From positions 44,826,001 to 44,890,000 of the forward strand of contig OX597826.1 in NCBI GenBank assembly GCA_951406725.2: a DNA stretch of 64,000 nt, written 5' to 3'. This DNA comes from Octopus vulgaris (lineage: Eukaryota). Made by a program: the position numbers and the translations under genes. Shown here in pieces: positions 29,159 through 39,616 of this stretch; position 1 is the first letter of the stretch; every line of letters starts with the position of its first letter. The notes beneath the pieces were generated by a model. The model saw only the letters and a program-made list of their open reading frames with translations, was not told the DNA's origin and did not search any database.

Positions 29159-29160
<2 letters not shown>
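28814..29160 (+). mobile_element. Non-autonomous PLE/retrozyme-like element (sister family of the 360-bp unit) with inverted arm
   Basis: 28814-28908 is the reverse complement of about 29017-29112; 28972-29160 aligns with 31095-31285; ends at (TA)n. Confidence 0.8.
28906..28940 (+). ncRNA. 5'-broken hammerhead
   Basis: CTGACAA-GGGA-CAAAAA-TCCC-GAAAC-TA-GTC; palindrome ACTAGT; stem I 5' strand replaced by the inverted arm. Confidence 0.6.
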
Positions 29161-29208
<48 letters not shown>

Positions 29209-30685
29209 AGTCCTTCATTATTTACAATTTACAGATGTTATATGTATGTATTTAACACTATGTGAGTTGAATTTGAACCTATTTAGGTAGATTTTGCATT
29301 TGTAGCAAGAATATATCTGGAGACATCATGTGATACAGATTTAGGTCATATAATAAAATATTCCGAACATCATTGGACGTCCATTTTACACACATGCTTG
29401 AAACGATGTGATTATGACTTGTATTCTGAGATTACTTTTTGGTTAATGTAGTTCTTCTAAGCCTCTGATGACAGTGATTTATAGCAGCTACTTGAAACCA
29501 ACTAAAAAGACTGGAATCATAAAACCCAAATAAGAATTCATCAGTATTCCCATAAATAATATTATATTCATCTTGGGTGACCATAAAAATCAAGGATATA
29601 GCTGTACGTATCTGTTTTTCTTTCTGAAAGTTAGAATATATACTCGTATGCGTATGAAAAACGGCTGCTTCAAAATAGCTGCAAGTTATTGTGTTAAGAG
29701 TAATAAAGGAGATAATGTGGTTGACGAAGAGATTAGACTCGCATTTTTATACAATCATCATATATTATTAAAGATTATGCTTCCAACACAATACCCTATA
29801 TAAAAATTGTTCTATTTTTAAATATGATCGCTAACCATAATCTCTGATTTAACACACATTATAAGGCCTTGAAGAAATAATGGGGCTATCTTTCCGTACA
29901 AATGGAAACAAAACGAACTTGATCCTGATGATAGTATCAAAATGTCAGATATAGTGATATCTGCTCTAAAATAAGCCAATGAACCAGGAGAAGCAATCTT
30001 TGCATCTAATAATCTTATTATATTTATTCTCCTAATGGGAAGCAAACATGAAGTTATTGTCAGAGAGAATTATCAACAGATACCTAATACAGTTGATTTT
30101 AATGGATACCTAAACATTATATACTGAATAAACAAGCCGATACTTCGATGCATATCAATATTCACTGCATAGAATTATCAAATATAAATGAAACTTCAGT
30201 GTGCTGTTCTTACTTTCACTTGCTTCCGTTGTAAGTGCTCGCAAAATCTCTAAGCATTTATGGAAACAAGTCTTTATCGTTAAACTTCATTCTGTTAGAC
30301 AAGAAAGAAATGCCAGCAATGGGAATTAACCAATACTCTAAATTGCACTTATGTATCTCTTACTCAAACCATGGCAGCCATAACATGTTTGCTCGAATCT
30401 ATTAGAAATGCATTATTTCCACCATCTCCATGGAATCCATTCTGTCACAACCATTCAGTGTGGTCTGTTTGTGAAACAGGAATGGTCTATTTCAATTCAA
30501 GGATTCTTTACTGATGTAGAAATATTTTCTTCCAGGTTTATTGGTAAACATTTCTAATTTCGCTTGTGATTACATACATACATAAACACATACTTATGCT
30601 CACATTCGCGCGCGCGCACATATATATAAGTACATATATATACACACATACATATATATACATATATATATATATATACACACAC

Positions 30686-30734
<49 letters not shown>

Positions 30735-30776
30735 TATGCAAATAGACACAAACACACACACACACCCATATATGTA

Positions 30777-30811
<35 letters not shown>

Positions 30812-31008
30812 CAATAATAATTCTCTAAAAGGGATATAGACAGTAACTGCTCGATAACATAAGGGACTAAAGCCATCTGAATATGGCTAGGGACAGGGCA
30901 GGGTGGTGGGGGTGTTACTGTTGCATTTAGCCCCAGGCGAACATCGACGTCAACAGAAAGGCTCGACACCGTCACGGTGCCCTAAATGCATAGTGAGAAT
31001 TCGTCGAG

Positions 31009-31082
31009 GAAGCGGAGGCCTACCACACGCCGATGATAGGCAATACACCTTGAAACCATGGTCCGTGTGTGGTTTCCGCTTC
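31009..31082 (+). ncRNA. Type I hammerhead ribozyme, unit 1 (predicted cleavage after 31063)
   Basis: GAAGCGGA..CACACG-CCGATGA-T-AGG-CAATACA-CCT-T-GAAAC-CATG-GTC^CGTGTG..TCCGCTTC; palindromic stem III ACCATGGT; extended stem I. Confidence 0.85.
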
Positions 31083-31368
31083 ATCGGGGAATTACCTCCC
31101 TTTGCAGGTTTAGGGCACCGTGACGGTGTCGAGCCTTTCTGGTGACGTCGATGTTCGCCTGGGGCTAAATGCAACAGTAACACCCCCACCACCCTGCCCT
31201 GTCCCTAGCCATATTCAGATGGCTTTAGTCCCTTATGTTATCGAGCAGTTACTGTCTATATCCCTTTTAGAGAATTATTATTGCTTTCGAACAGATTTTC
31301 GAAATCAGCAAATGTATTTTGCTTGAAAATCTATATAAGAAAATCCTGCATAGTGAGAATTCGTCGAG

Positions 31369-31442
31369 GAAGCGGAGGCCTACCACACGCCGATGATAGG
31401 CAATACACCTTGAAACCATGGTCCGTGTGTGGTTTCCGCTTC
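31369..31442 (+). ncRNA. Type I hammerhead ribozyme, unit 2 (cleavage after 31423)
   Basis: Identical to unit 1. Confidence 0.85.
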
Positions 31443-31728
31443 ATCGGGGAATTACCTCCCTTTGCAGGTTTAGGGCACCGTGACGGTGTCGAGCCTTTCT
31501 GGTGACGTCGATGTTCGCCTGGGGCTAAATGCAACAGTAACACCCCCACCACCCTGCCCTGTCCCTAGCCATATTCAGATGGCTTTAGTCCCTTATGTTA
31601 TCGAGCAGTTACTGTCTATATCCCTTTTAGAGAATTATTATTGCTTTCGAACAGATTTTCGAAATCAGCAAATGTATTTTGCTTGAAAATCTATATAAGA
31701 AAATCCTGCATAGTGAGAATTCGTCGAG

Positions 31729-31802
31729 GAAGCGGAGGCCTACCACACGCCGATGATAGGCAATACACCTTGAAACCATGGTCCGTGTGTGGTTTCCGCT
31801 TC
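31729..31802 (+). ncRNA. Type I hammerhead ribozyme, unit 3 (cleavage after 31783)
   Basis: Identical to unit 1. Confidence 0.85.
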
Positions 31803-32088
31803 ATCGGGGAATTACCTCCCTTTGCAGGTTTAGGGCACCGTGACGGTGTCGAGCCTTTCTAGTGACGTCGATGTTCGCCTGGGGCTAAATGCAACAGTAA
31901 CACCCCCACCACCCTGCCCTGTCCCTAGCCATATTCAGATGGCTTTAGTCCCTTATGTTATCGAGCAGTTACTGTCTATATCCCTTTTAGAGAATTATTA
32001 TTGCTTTCGAACAGATTTTCGAAATCAGCAAATGTATTTTGCTTGAAAATCTATATAAGAAAATCCTGCATAGTGAGAATTCGTCGAG

Positions 32089-32162
32089 GAAGCGGAGGCC
32101 TACCACACGCCGATGATAGGCAATACACCTTGAAACCATGGTCCGTGTGTGGTTTCCGCTTC
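32089..32162 (+). ncRNA. Type I hammerhead ribozyme, unit 4 (cleavage after 32143)
   Basis: Identical to unit 1. Confidence 0.85.
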
Positions 32163-32317
32163 ATCGGGGAATTACCTCCCTTTGCAGGTTTAGGGCACCG
32201 TGACGGTGTCGAGCCTTTCTGGTGACGTCGATGTTCGCCTGGGGCTAAATGCAACAGTAACACCCCCACCACCCTGCCCTGTCCCTAGCCATATTCAGAT
32301 GGCTTTAGTCCCTTATG

Positions 32318-32365
<48 letters not shown>

Positions 32366-32403
32366 ATATATATGCATATATATGCATACATACACACACA
32401 CAC

Positions 32404-32455
<52 letters not shown>

Positions 32456-33543
32456 CATATACATGCATACATACATACAGAGATAGAGATAAAGAGAGAG
32501 AAAGAGAGAGAGAGAAAAAAAACTGTCACACGCAAGCCTGCTTGACATAGAAAGTATTCTGCTTTCTATAATTATTTTAGATACCTGTGGAGTCGTGAGC
32601 ATACATTCAAACGGCCAATGAGTGATCTAGTAGAACATCGAACTTTTGAAAGTTGGCAGGAGACTGGACTGCACCAACAGTCAGCTGGTACTCATTTACG
32701 AGGAAGTATACTGGAATAATGTCAAATGAAAGGTCTTGTGCAAAATAGCAATGAGCTTCCCGGTAGAGGAGTCGAACCTATGGATTTATTTGCGTGAGGT
32801 CAACACACAACTTCACACACAGACACGCATAATATATTTGGCAAACTGTAATATATATATAGATATATGTATGAATTTATGTATACGTACGTATATGTAT
32901 GTGTGCATGTAGATATGTATGTATATATGTATATATGTATATATATATATATATGTATGTATGTATATATGTATGTATGTAAGGTCGTTCTCGGGCGCAA
33001 CTGGTAACATGTAACCGACTACAACCTGCTGCATCTTCGGACAAGCTCATGAGCAGTCAACGGCCATCGAACAATATATGAGCATGTATATGTATACATG
33101 TGTGTATGCGTGAGGACGTGGGAAGTCTGGGTTGGTGTTGAGGCGGGCGGTTGGCTCTCTGGGAGCGGGAGGCCCCTCTGTTGTTGTCACATCTCTTAGG
33201 AGAAGGAAACTCTGAGAGAAAACCTGCAACATTGACAATATTCGATTACGTAGACTGTCTCCTTTTTGAGTTTATGTTATCCATATTCAGAAAGTGTGAT
33301 TGGATCTGTGCAAATCCTTCCCCACTAAAAAAAAATCATCATGCACAGGCATCGCTTGGAAAAATGTAAGACCTATCACAAAAATGACTGGTCGTAACCT
33401 TCGAATGTGTGGGGCTTTCGATCAGGCAATGGTTATGCTCGAACGCGATTTTCCAACCATCATGTGTGTGTGTGTGTATGTATGTATGTAACGCACCTAC
33501 GTACCTATCTCTCTCTCTCACCTTATGCACACACACCACGCAC

Positions 33544-33651
<108 letters not shown>

Positions 33652-34164
33652 TATGTATATGTACGTGTGTATCTTCATTGAAACTTTTATATAATTGGGT
33701 GTGTTCTTTAACACCACCTACCATCTAATGTAAACGGAAATTATAGAAAGACATTTTTTTTATGTTAGGCAATCTTTGCTCGTTTTAAAAACACACCCAA
33801 GTAGTTAATTAGTTTTCTAACAACATATGCTAATGAGGTTTATCAAGTCATTGCTTAAATAATAGTATTAGTCTTAAACATTGAAATGATTGTGGTTTAA
33901 AATGCGCTTTATTGTATCATAGAACATACATTTAAAAGTAGATTATATCTAGTACCATTACAATTAAAAAGAAACATATTTTAAAAGTATAGCAATTAAA
34001 GGATGTGCAACAATAATGTCCTTCTTAAGCGTAGAGATATAATTAAAAGATGCTTTTCAAACGGAGGCAGAAAATCAAATTTGAAGCTTACCTATTTGGG
34101 CGGAATACTGGCTAACAACCCAAATAAATATCGTGTTAATATGTACATATATAATATAAATACA

Positions 34165-34238
<74 letters not shown>

Positions 34239-34254
34239 GCATGTATTTATATTA

Positions 34255-34297
<43 letters not shown>

Positions 34298-34695
34298 AAA
34301 GATCCTGTATTTGTGTATTAAATATACCATTGGTTTCATGTTAAGGAAAACGTCAACAATTATTCAAGCCTGTCCCATAGAAAAATCGGTGTTCGTTTCC
34401 ATTTTGGATTAAAATACGAGAAGTCACTGAAAGCCACAACAAATTCACGGGAGAATTTCGGTCAAGAAAAACAAGATGTCAAAGGGAGCGACTCTTGGAA
34501 GATTATTTCCCTTGGGTTCAACTTTTGTTTTTGCACACACAAGCATTCCTGCTGTAACATATAAACTGCAAAACGTTTAAATTGCAAAATTTAGTGCAGC
34601 TCCTTAACATGAAACAATGGTAGCCTTAATACAAGAATAAGGTGTATATGTATGTCTGTATATATATATATAAGAAATTAAAAAAGAAAAATACG

Positions 34696-34920
34696 CACAA
34701 AACTGGATCTCTTCCTGTCAGGTGTCCCAGATGAACCAACTTCACGGCAGGAGGTGCAGATGAGGGCAGCTGCATCGAACTCTCTCATGCACCAAATGGC
34801 AATTGCTAAAAAATATTCGTGAAGTAAAATTATGTAGCAACACCAAATGGCGGTGCCCCAGCATGGCCACAGTTCGTGAGCTGAAACTAGATAAAATAAA
34901 ATAAAAATAATAAAATAAAA
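34696..34920 (+). mobile_element. Extreme 3' end of a CR1/L2-group LINE
   Basis: Encodes KLDLFLSGVPDEPT...AASNSL; tail GGCGGTGCCCCAGCATGGCCACAG...CTGAAAC plus (TAAAA)n. Confidence 0.75.
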
Positions 34921-34955
34921 TAACACTTACATAGTTTTAATATAATTTTCAGTGT

Positions 34956-35006
34956 ATCGACCGGTTTCGCTATCGCTATTCATGATTTTATGTTTTACTT
35001 ATTTGA

Positions 35007-35090
<84 letters not shown>

Positions 35091-35265
35091 CTTATATATA
35101 TTTTACTTATTTGAATATATATATCATGAATAGAGATAGCGAAACCGGTCGATAGATTAAAAATTATATTAAAACTATGGAAGTGTGCGTATTTTCCTTT
35201 TTAAATTTCTTATATACATTACAACTCACCACGCGGGGATAATCGAAATTCCTCTTTTCTGTTAC

Positions 35266-35361
<96 letters not shown>

Positions 35362-35412
35362 TCAAATAAGTAAAACATAAAATCATGAATAGCGATAGCG
35401 AAACCGGTCGAT
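34956..35412. ncRNA. Three copies of a degenerate minimal hammerhead (34956-34986 -, 35123-35153 +, 35382-35412 +)
   Basis: ATC-ATGAATA-GC-GATA-GC-GAAAC-CG-GTC-GAT; stems I/II/III present, core mutated relative to CUGANGA. Confidence 0.5.
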
Positions 35413-35776
35413 ACACTGAAAATTATATTAAAACTATGTAAGTGTTATTTTGCCATTTGGTGCATGAGAGAGTTCGATGCAGCTGCCCTCATCTGCACCT
35501 CCTGCCGTGAAGTTGGTTCATCTGGGACACCTGACAGGAAGAGATCCAGTTTTGTGCGTATTTTTCTTTTTTAATTTCTTATATATATATATACAGACAT
35601 ACATATACACCTTATATTCTTGTATTAAGGCTACCATTGTTTCATGTTAAGGAGCTGCACTAAATTTTGCAATTTAAACATTTTGCAGTTCATATGTTAC
35701 AGCAGGAATGCTTGTGTGTGCAAAAACAAAAGTTGAACCCAAGGGAAATAATCTTCCAAGAGTCGCTCCCTTTGAC

Positions 35777-35821
<45 letters not shown>

Positions 35822-36052
35822 CATTCCGAATTTGAGGAAGCAATATCCCCGTAAAGGATTGTTAAAAACAATCCTGATGCCGACTGGATTTAACCAAATT
35901 TATTGATTGGAAGATCATCAATATACATGTGTATAAATAGTTTCAGAAAATTAAAATGTCAATAATAGAAAATAGAGAAGAAAAATGCTTCGTTCATTTT
36001 GTTTGTATAACAATGAGAAAAGTGATGCAAATTAAAGGATGAAAAAAATATA

Positions 36053-37664
36053 CAGTTGCGGCCCAAATATTCAGAACGGCATTGTTTTCGTCAGAAAAGT
36101 AGGTATAGGTTTTTATTAAAGTTGTTTTATATTCTGTAATTTTCACAGACAATAAATACAATATTAATTGGTATTGTCTGAGATTTTGGTGTAATTTGAG
36201 TGGATAATGCAAAAGTTATGGATGATATAGTAATTTAATGCAAAACCCATGGTGGCCAAAATCATCAGAACGGTTGAAAAAATTACAAAATAATCAAAAA
36301 GTGACAGAGAATGCTGGAATTATTTCATATTTAGTGTGAAGCCCTTTAGCTTCAATCAAAGTTTGACATTTTTGACTGCATGGGGAAATTAAATTTTCAA
36401 TTTCTTGCTGGGTGATCTTATTCCATTCTTCCTGAAGGGCATTCTATAATTGCTCGGTTGTTTTAGGATTTCTGGTTTTCAAACGTTCTCCTAGAATATT
36501 CCACACATTTTCAATAGGATTGAGGTCTGGACTTTGAGCAGGCCAATCCATAACAATAACCTTTTCAGCCTTGAGGAAGTTCATGACCACATTAGCCTTG
36601 TGACATGGGGCATTGTCCTGCATGAATATGGGTGGTCGCTTAGTTGAATTTCTCAGCACAGGCAAGACATGATCTTTTACAAGTTGTTTATAAATTCCTG
36701 CATTTACCTTTCCATGTAATCGCAGCAAAGGGCCCACAACATCTCCAGATACCATCCCCCAAACCATGACACTTCCTCCACTGAATTTAACACTAGTCTT
36801 AAGGCATTTAGGTGACAATTTTTCACCTGCTTTTCCCATCTGAGCTAAATAACATAGACTTAGATTCATCACTGAAATGCACCGTTTGCCATTTTTCTTG
36901 AGACCACAACACATGTTCGGTTGCAAAGGTAAGACGACACTTTTTATTCTTGGAGCTGATCAGTGGCTTCACTGCAGGTGCTCTTGCTTGTAGGACATGT
37001 TCAACTAAAGGACGAGACACAGTTTTTCGAGATAAGGTTTTCTTCAGTACAATGCTCATTTTCCGAAAAACAGCAGCAGCAGTTTTAAATCTGTCCTTTT
37101 TAACCAACTTTACCATAGCACGTTCTTCTCTCTTGGTCGTTTTTCTTGGCCTACCTGTAGACTTTTTGGTTCACACGAACCACAATCATCGTAGACCTTA
37201 AGAATACCGTGAACAACACTTTTTGACTTGTTAACAATCTTTGCAATAGACCTAATACTTAAATTATCCTTCTTTCGAAGCTTACTAATCTGCTGACGAA
37301 TTGGTAACGGAGTAAGTGGCATTATATTAACAAGGTACACTGCAGATATTCTTACTAATGTTTAGTAAACGAAGTGTCACGTAAACAAATTCAAAACATT
37401 ATAGTTCGACGGTTAAATATACTAAAACATGGAGTAAAAGCAACCGTTCTGATCATTTTGGCCGCCATGGGTTTTGCAGTAAATCCCTAAATCATCCATA
37501 ACTTTTGTATTATCCTCTCAAATTACACCAACATTTCAGACAATAACAAATAATATCGTATTTATTGTCTGTGAAAATTATAGAATATAAAACAACTTTG
37601 ATAAAAACTTATACCTACTTTTCTGACGAAAACAATACCGTTCTGAACATTTTGGCCGTAACTG
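36053..37664 (-). mobile_element. Full-length Tc1-like (D,D34E) transposon with long IR/DR-type TIRs, TA TSD and frameshifted transposase
   Basis: TA-CAGTTGCGGCCCAAA...TTTGGCCGTAACTG-TA; ~224-bp TIRs (36053-36276 / 37441-37664); ORFs with HFSDES, SVMVWG, FMQDNAPCH, WPAQSPDLNPIENVW. Confidence 0.93.
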
Positions 37665-38017
37665 TAGTTATAAGTGTATAAAAGGAATTCCCTCAACCAA
37701 CAAAATAGCCCAAAATCCTTTAAAAAATATTCTACATATATATATATGTTTCGATATAACAATATTTAAGAATCATCAATAATTATAACTTTAAAGGATG
37801 CACTAATCTGCATATTGTCTTATCTCTTCCGTAAAGGTAAGTGCATTTTAGTCTTGAGTGTAAGTGTGATGGTGATTATGGTGGATCTCCGTCGTTCGGT
37901 TATGAATATTGAGCTCTTTGGTCCTGTAACTAACCTTAATAATCATGCTGGATTATTACACAGTCAGGTGGACTCTTAACGTTTGTGTGCGCGTGTTTAC
38001 ATGTCCTGTGTGTGTGT

Positions 38018-38067
<50 letters not shown>

Positions 38068-38392
38068 ATGTGTGTGTGTGCATGTGTGTGTGTGCATGTG
38101 TGTGTGTGAGCTGAACTAAGAGATATAACTTAGAGTGAACAGTGGCGTGTATTTGAACGACATAGGTAATTAAAGGTTCATCAAATACTAGACAGCACGA
38201 ATTGTCTGCTGTGCGACCACATCCTTAGGACTGAAACGCATAAAATAATGAAAAATAAATAGCAGCTAAGAGCATCTACGATTGCGGAAGGTGATAATGA
38301 TGAGATTCAAGAACGTTTCCATGAAGAGTTGGTCTAAATATACTACAAAATATATGTATTATAACAAAATAGCTACTTTATATGTGTCTATA

Positions 38393-38448
<56 letters not shown>

Positions 38449-38501
38449 GTGAAGGGAAGAAATGGAGCTGAACGAAGATTCTACAGAATTCCTTTTATTA
38501 T

Positions 38502-38583
38502 TTTCTACACATGTTTCAAAGGCCGCAAATTTCCAAATTCGGACTGAATAAGGAGACCATTTTGCAGCTTTCTCTTCAGGAAT
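38502..38583 (-). ncRNA. Type I hammerhead with long stem II
   Basis: Minus: TTC-CTGAAGA-G-AAAGCTGCAAA-[~28 nt]-TTTGCGGCCTTT-GAAAC-ATGT-GTA-GAA; canonical core, palindrome ACATGT. Confidence 0.7.
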
Positions 38584-38656
38584 TTAGAAAAATTAAAAGA
38601 AAAGGTTTTTTTAAAGGAATATTTTAATTTTTCTAAATTTAATTATTTAATCGTTA

Positions 38657-38694
38657 CAGTTGAAAAGGTCTCAAAATGACTGAAACCGGTACTG
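38657..38694 (+). ncRNA. Degenerate minimal hammerhead
   Basis: CAG-TTGAAAA-GGTC-TCAAAAT-GACT-GAAAC-CG-GTA-CTG; all three stems present, two core substitutions. Confidence 0.55.
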
Positions 38695-38790
38695 AAATGT
38701 TCTTTATAAAATTATTTTAGCATTTTCTATCTTGACTTGTTTTTTATATATATCAACTCGTGTGTTCCTTTTCACCCTTATACATATATA

Positions 38791-39198
38791 TAGGAGTGGC
38801 TGTGTGGTAAGTAGCTTGTTTACCAACCACATGGTACCGGTTTCAATCCCACTGCGTGGCACCTTGGGCAAGTGTCTTGTGCTATAGCCTCGGGCCGACA
38901 AGGGCCTTGTGAGTGGATTTGGTAGACGGAAACTGAAAGAAGCCCGTCGTATATATGTATATATGTATATATGTGTGTGTGTGTGTATTTGTGTGTCTGT
39001 GTTTGTCCCCCTGGCATTGCTTGACAACCGATGCTGGTGTGGTTATGTCCCCGTTACTTAGCGGTTCGGCAAAAGAGACCGATAGCATAAGTACTGGGCT
39101 TACAAAAGAATAAGTCCCGGGGTCGAGTTGCTCGATTGAAGGCGGTGCTCCAGCATGGCCGCAGTCAAATGACTGAAACAAGTAAAAGAGTAAAGAGT
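38791..39198 (+). mobile_element. Near full-length SINE family B
   Basis: GGAGTGGCTGTGTGGTAAG (A box), GGTTTCAATCCC (B box), internal TA/TG microsatellite, tail GGCGGTGCTCCAGCATGGCCGCAGTCAAATGACTGAAAC plus AGTAAAAG repeats. Confidence 0.88.
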
Positions 39199-39556
39199 AT
39201 ACACGCACATACATACATATATGTACATATACGCGTGTGTGTTTATATATATATATATAGCTATAGATATATTTATATATGTATGTATTATTACATCCAT
39301 ATAAGAAGCATGATCACTAAGTAGTCATGCATATGCTAGAAGTCGATCCCCTATGATCTTACCACTAAGAAAGGAATATTCTCAAGATTGTTCTGAATCT
39401 TCAGATTTTTCTACATGCTAGACCACTGGTTTTAAATTGATATTAATCAAATTAATATTCAATGTTTCACCCTTGTTATCTTAAATTTATATATATATAT
39501 GTATACATATGTTCCTTTTATTTTTATATATATCTATATCTATGCATATATATATA

Positions 39557-39616
<60 letters not shown>

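Larger units (their letters stand above)
30810..32320 (+). mobile_element. Retrozyme-like tandem array: inverted partial arm (30810-30986) plus 360-bp direct units starting at 30987, 31347, 31707 and 32067 (last partial)
   Basis: Exact 360-bp periodicity, near-identical units (G>A at 31861), HHR in each unit, no recognisable coding motif, (TA)n on both sides. Confidence 0.9.
34476..35778. repeat. Large inverted duplication (34476-35007 vs 35361-35778)
   Basis: Arms are near-identical reverse complements apart from a few substitutions/indels and ~116 bp (34803-34918) missing from the right arm. Confidence 0.9.

Noticed and set aside
29461-29510. CTGATGA...GAAAC motif (similar weak cases near 27070, 29925, 46890 and 47097)
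   Set aside because: No convincing stem III/NUH or stem I; may be very old HHR remnants but cannot be supported.
31052-31090. Apparent minus-strand HHR core (CCGATGA-AGCG-GAAAC)
   Set aside because: No stem II or stem I; it is a by-product of the plus-strand stem I extension.
31160-31225. Twister-like words (TAACAC...GTCCCTAGCC) and a SECIS-like reading of the nearby hairpins
   Set aside because: The twister pseudoknot partner does not covary in the sister element and conflicts with the conserved AGCCAT/ATGGCT hairpin; SECIS spacing and apical AA are not conserved.
30987-32320. CRISPR array or ordinary satellite
   Set aside because: No variable spacers or cas genes, eukaryotic context; HHR, inverted arm and TA flanks point to retroposition.
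30903-32550. 68-116 aa ORFs on both strands of the 360-bp repeat
   Set aside because: Mostly non-ATG starts, no recognisable motifs, and indels relative to the sister element; RNA structure explains the conservation better.
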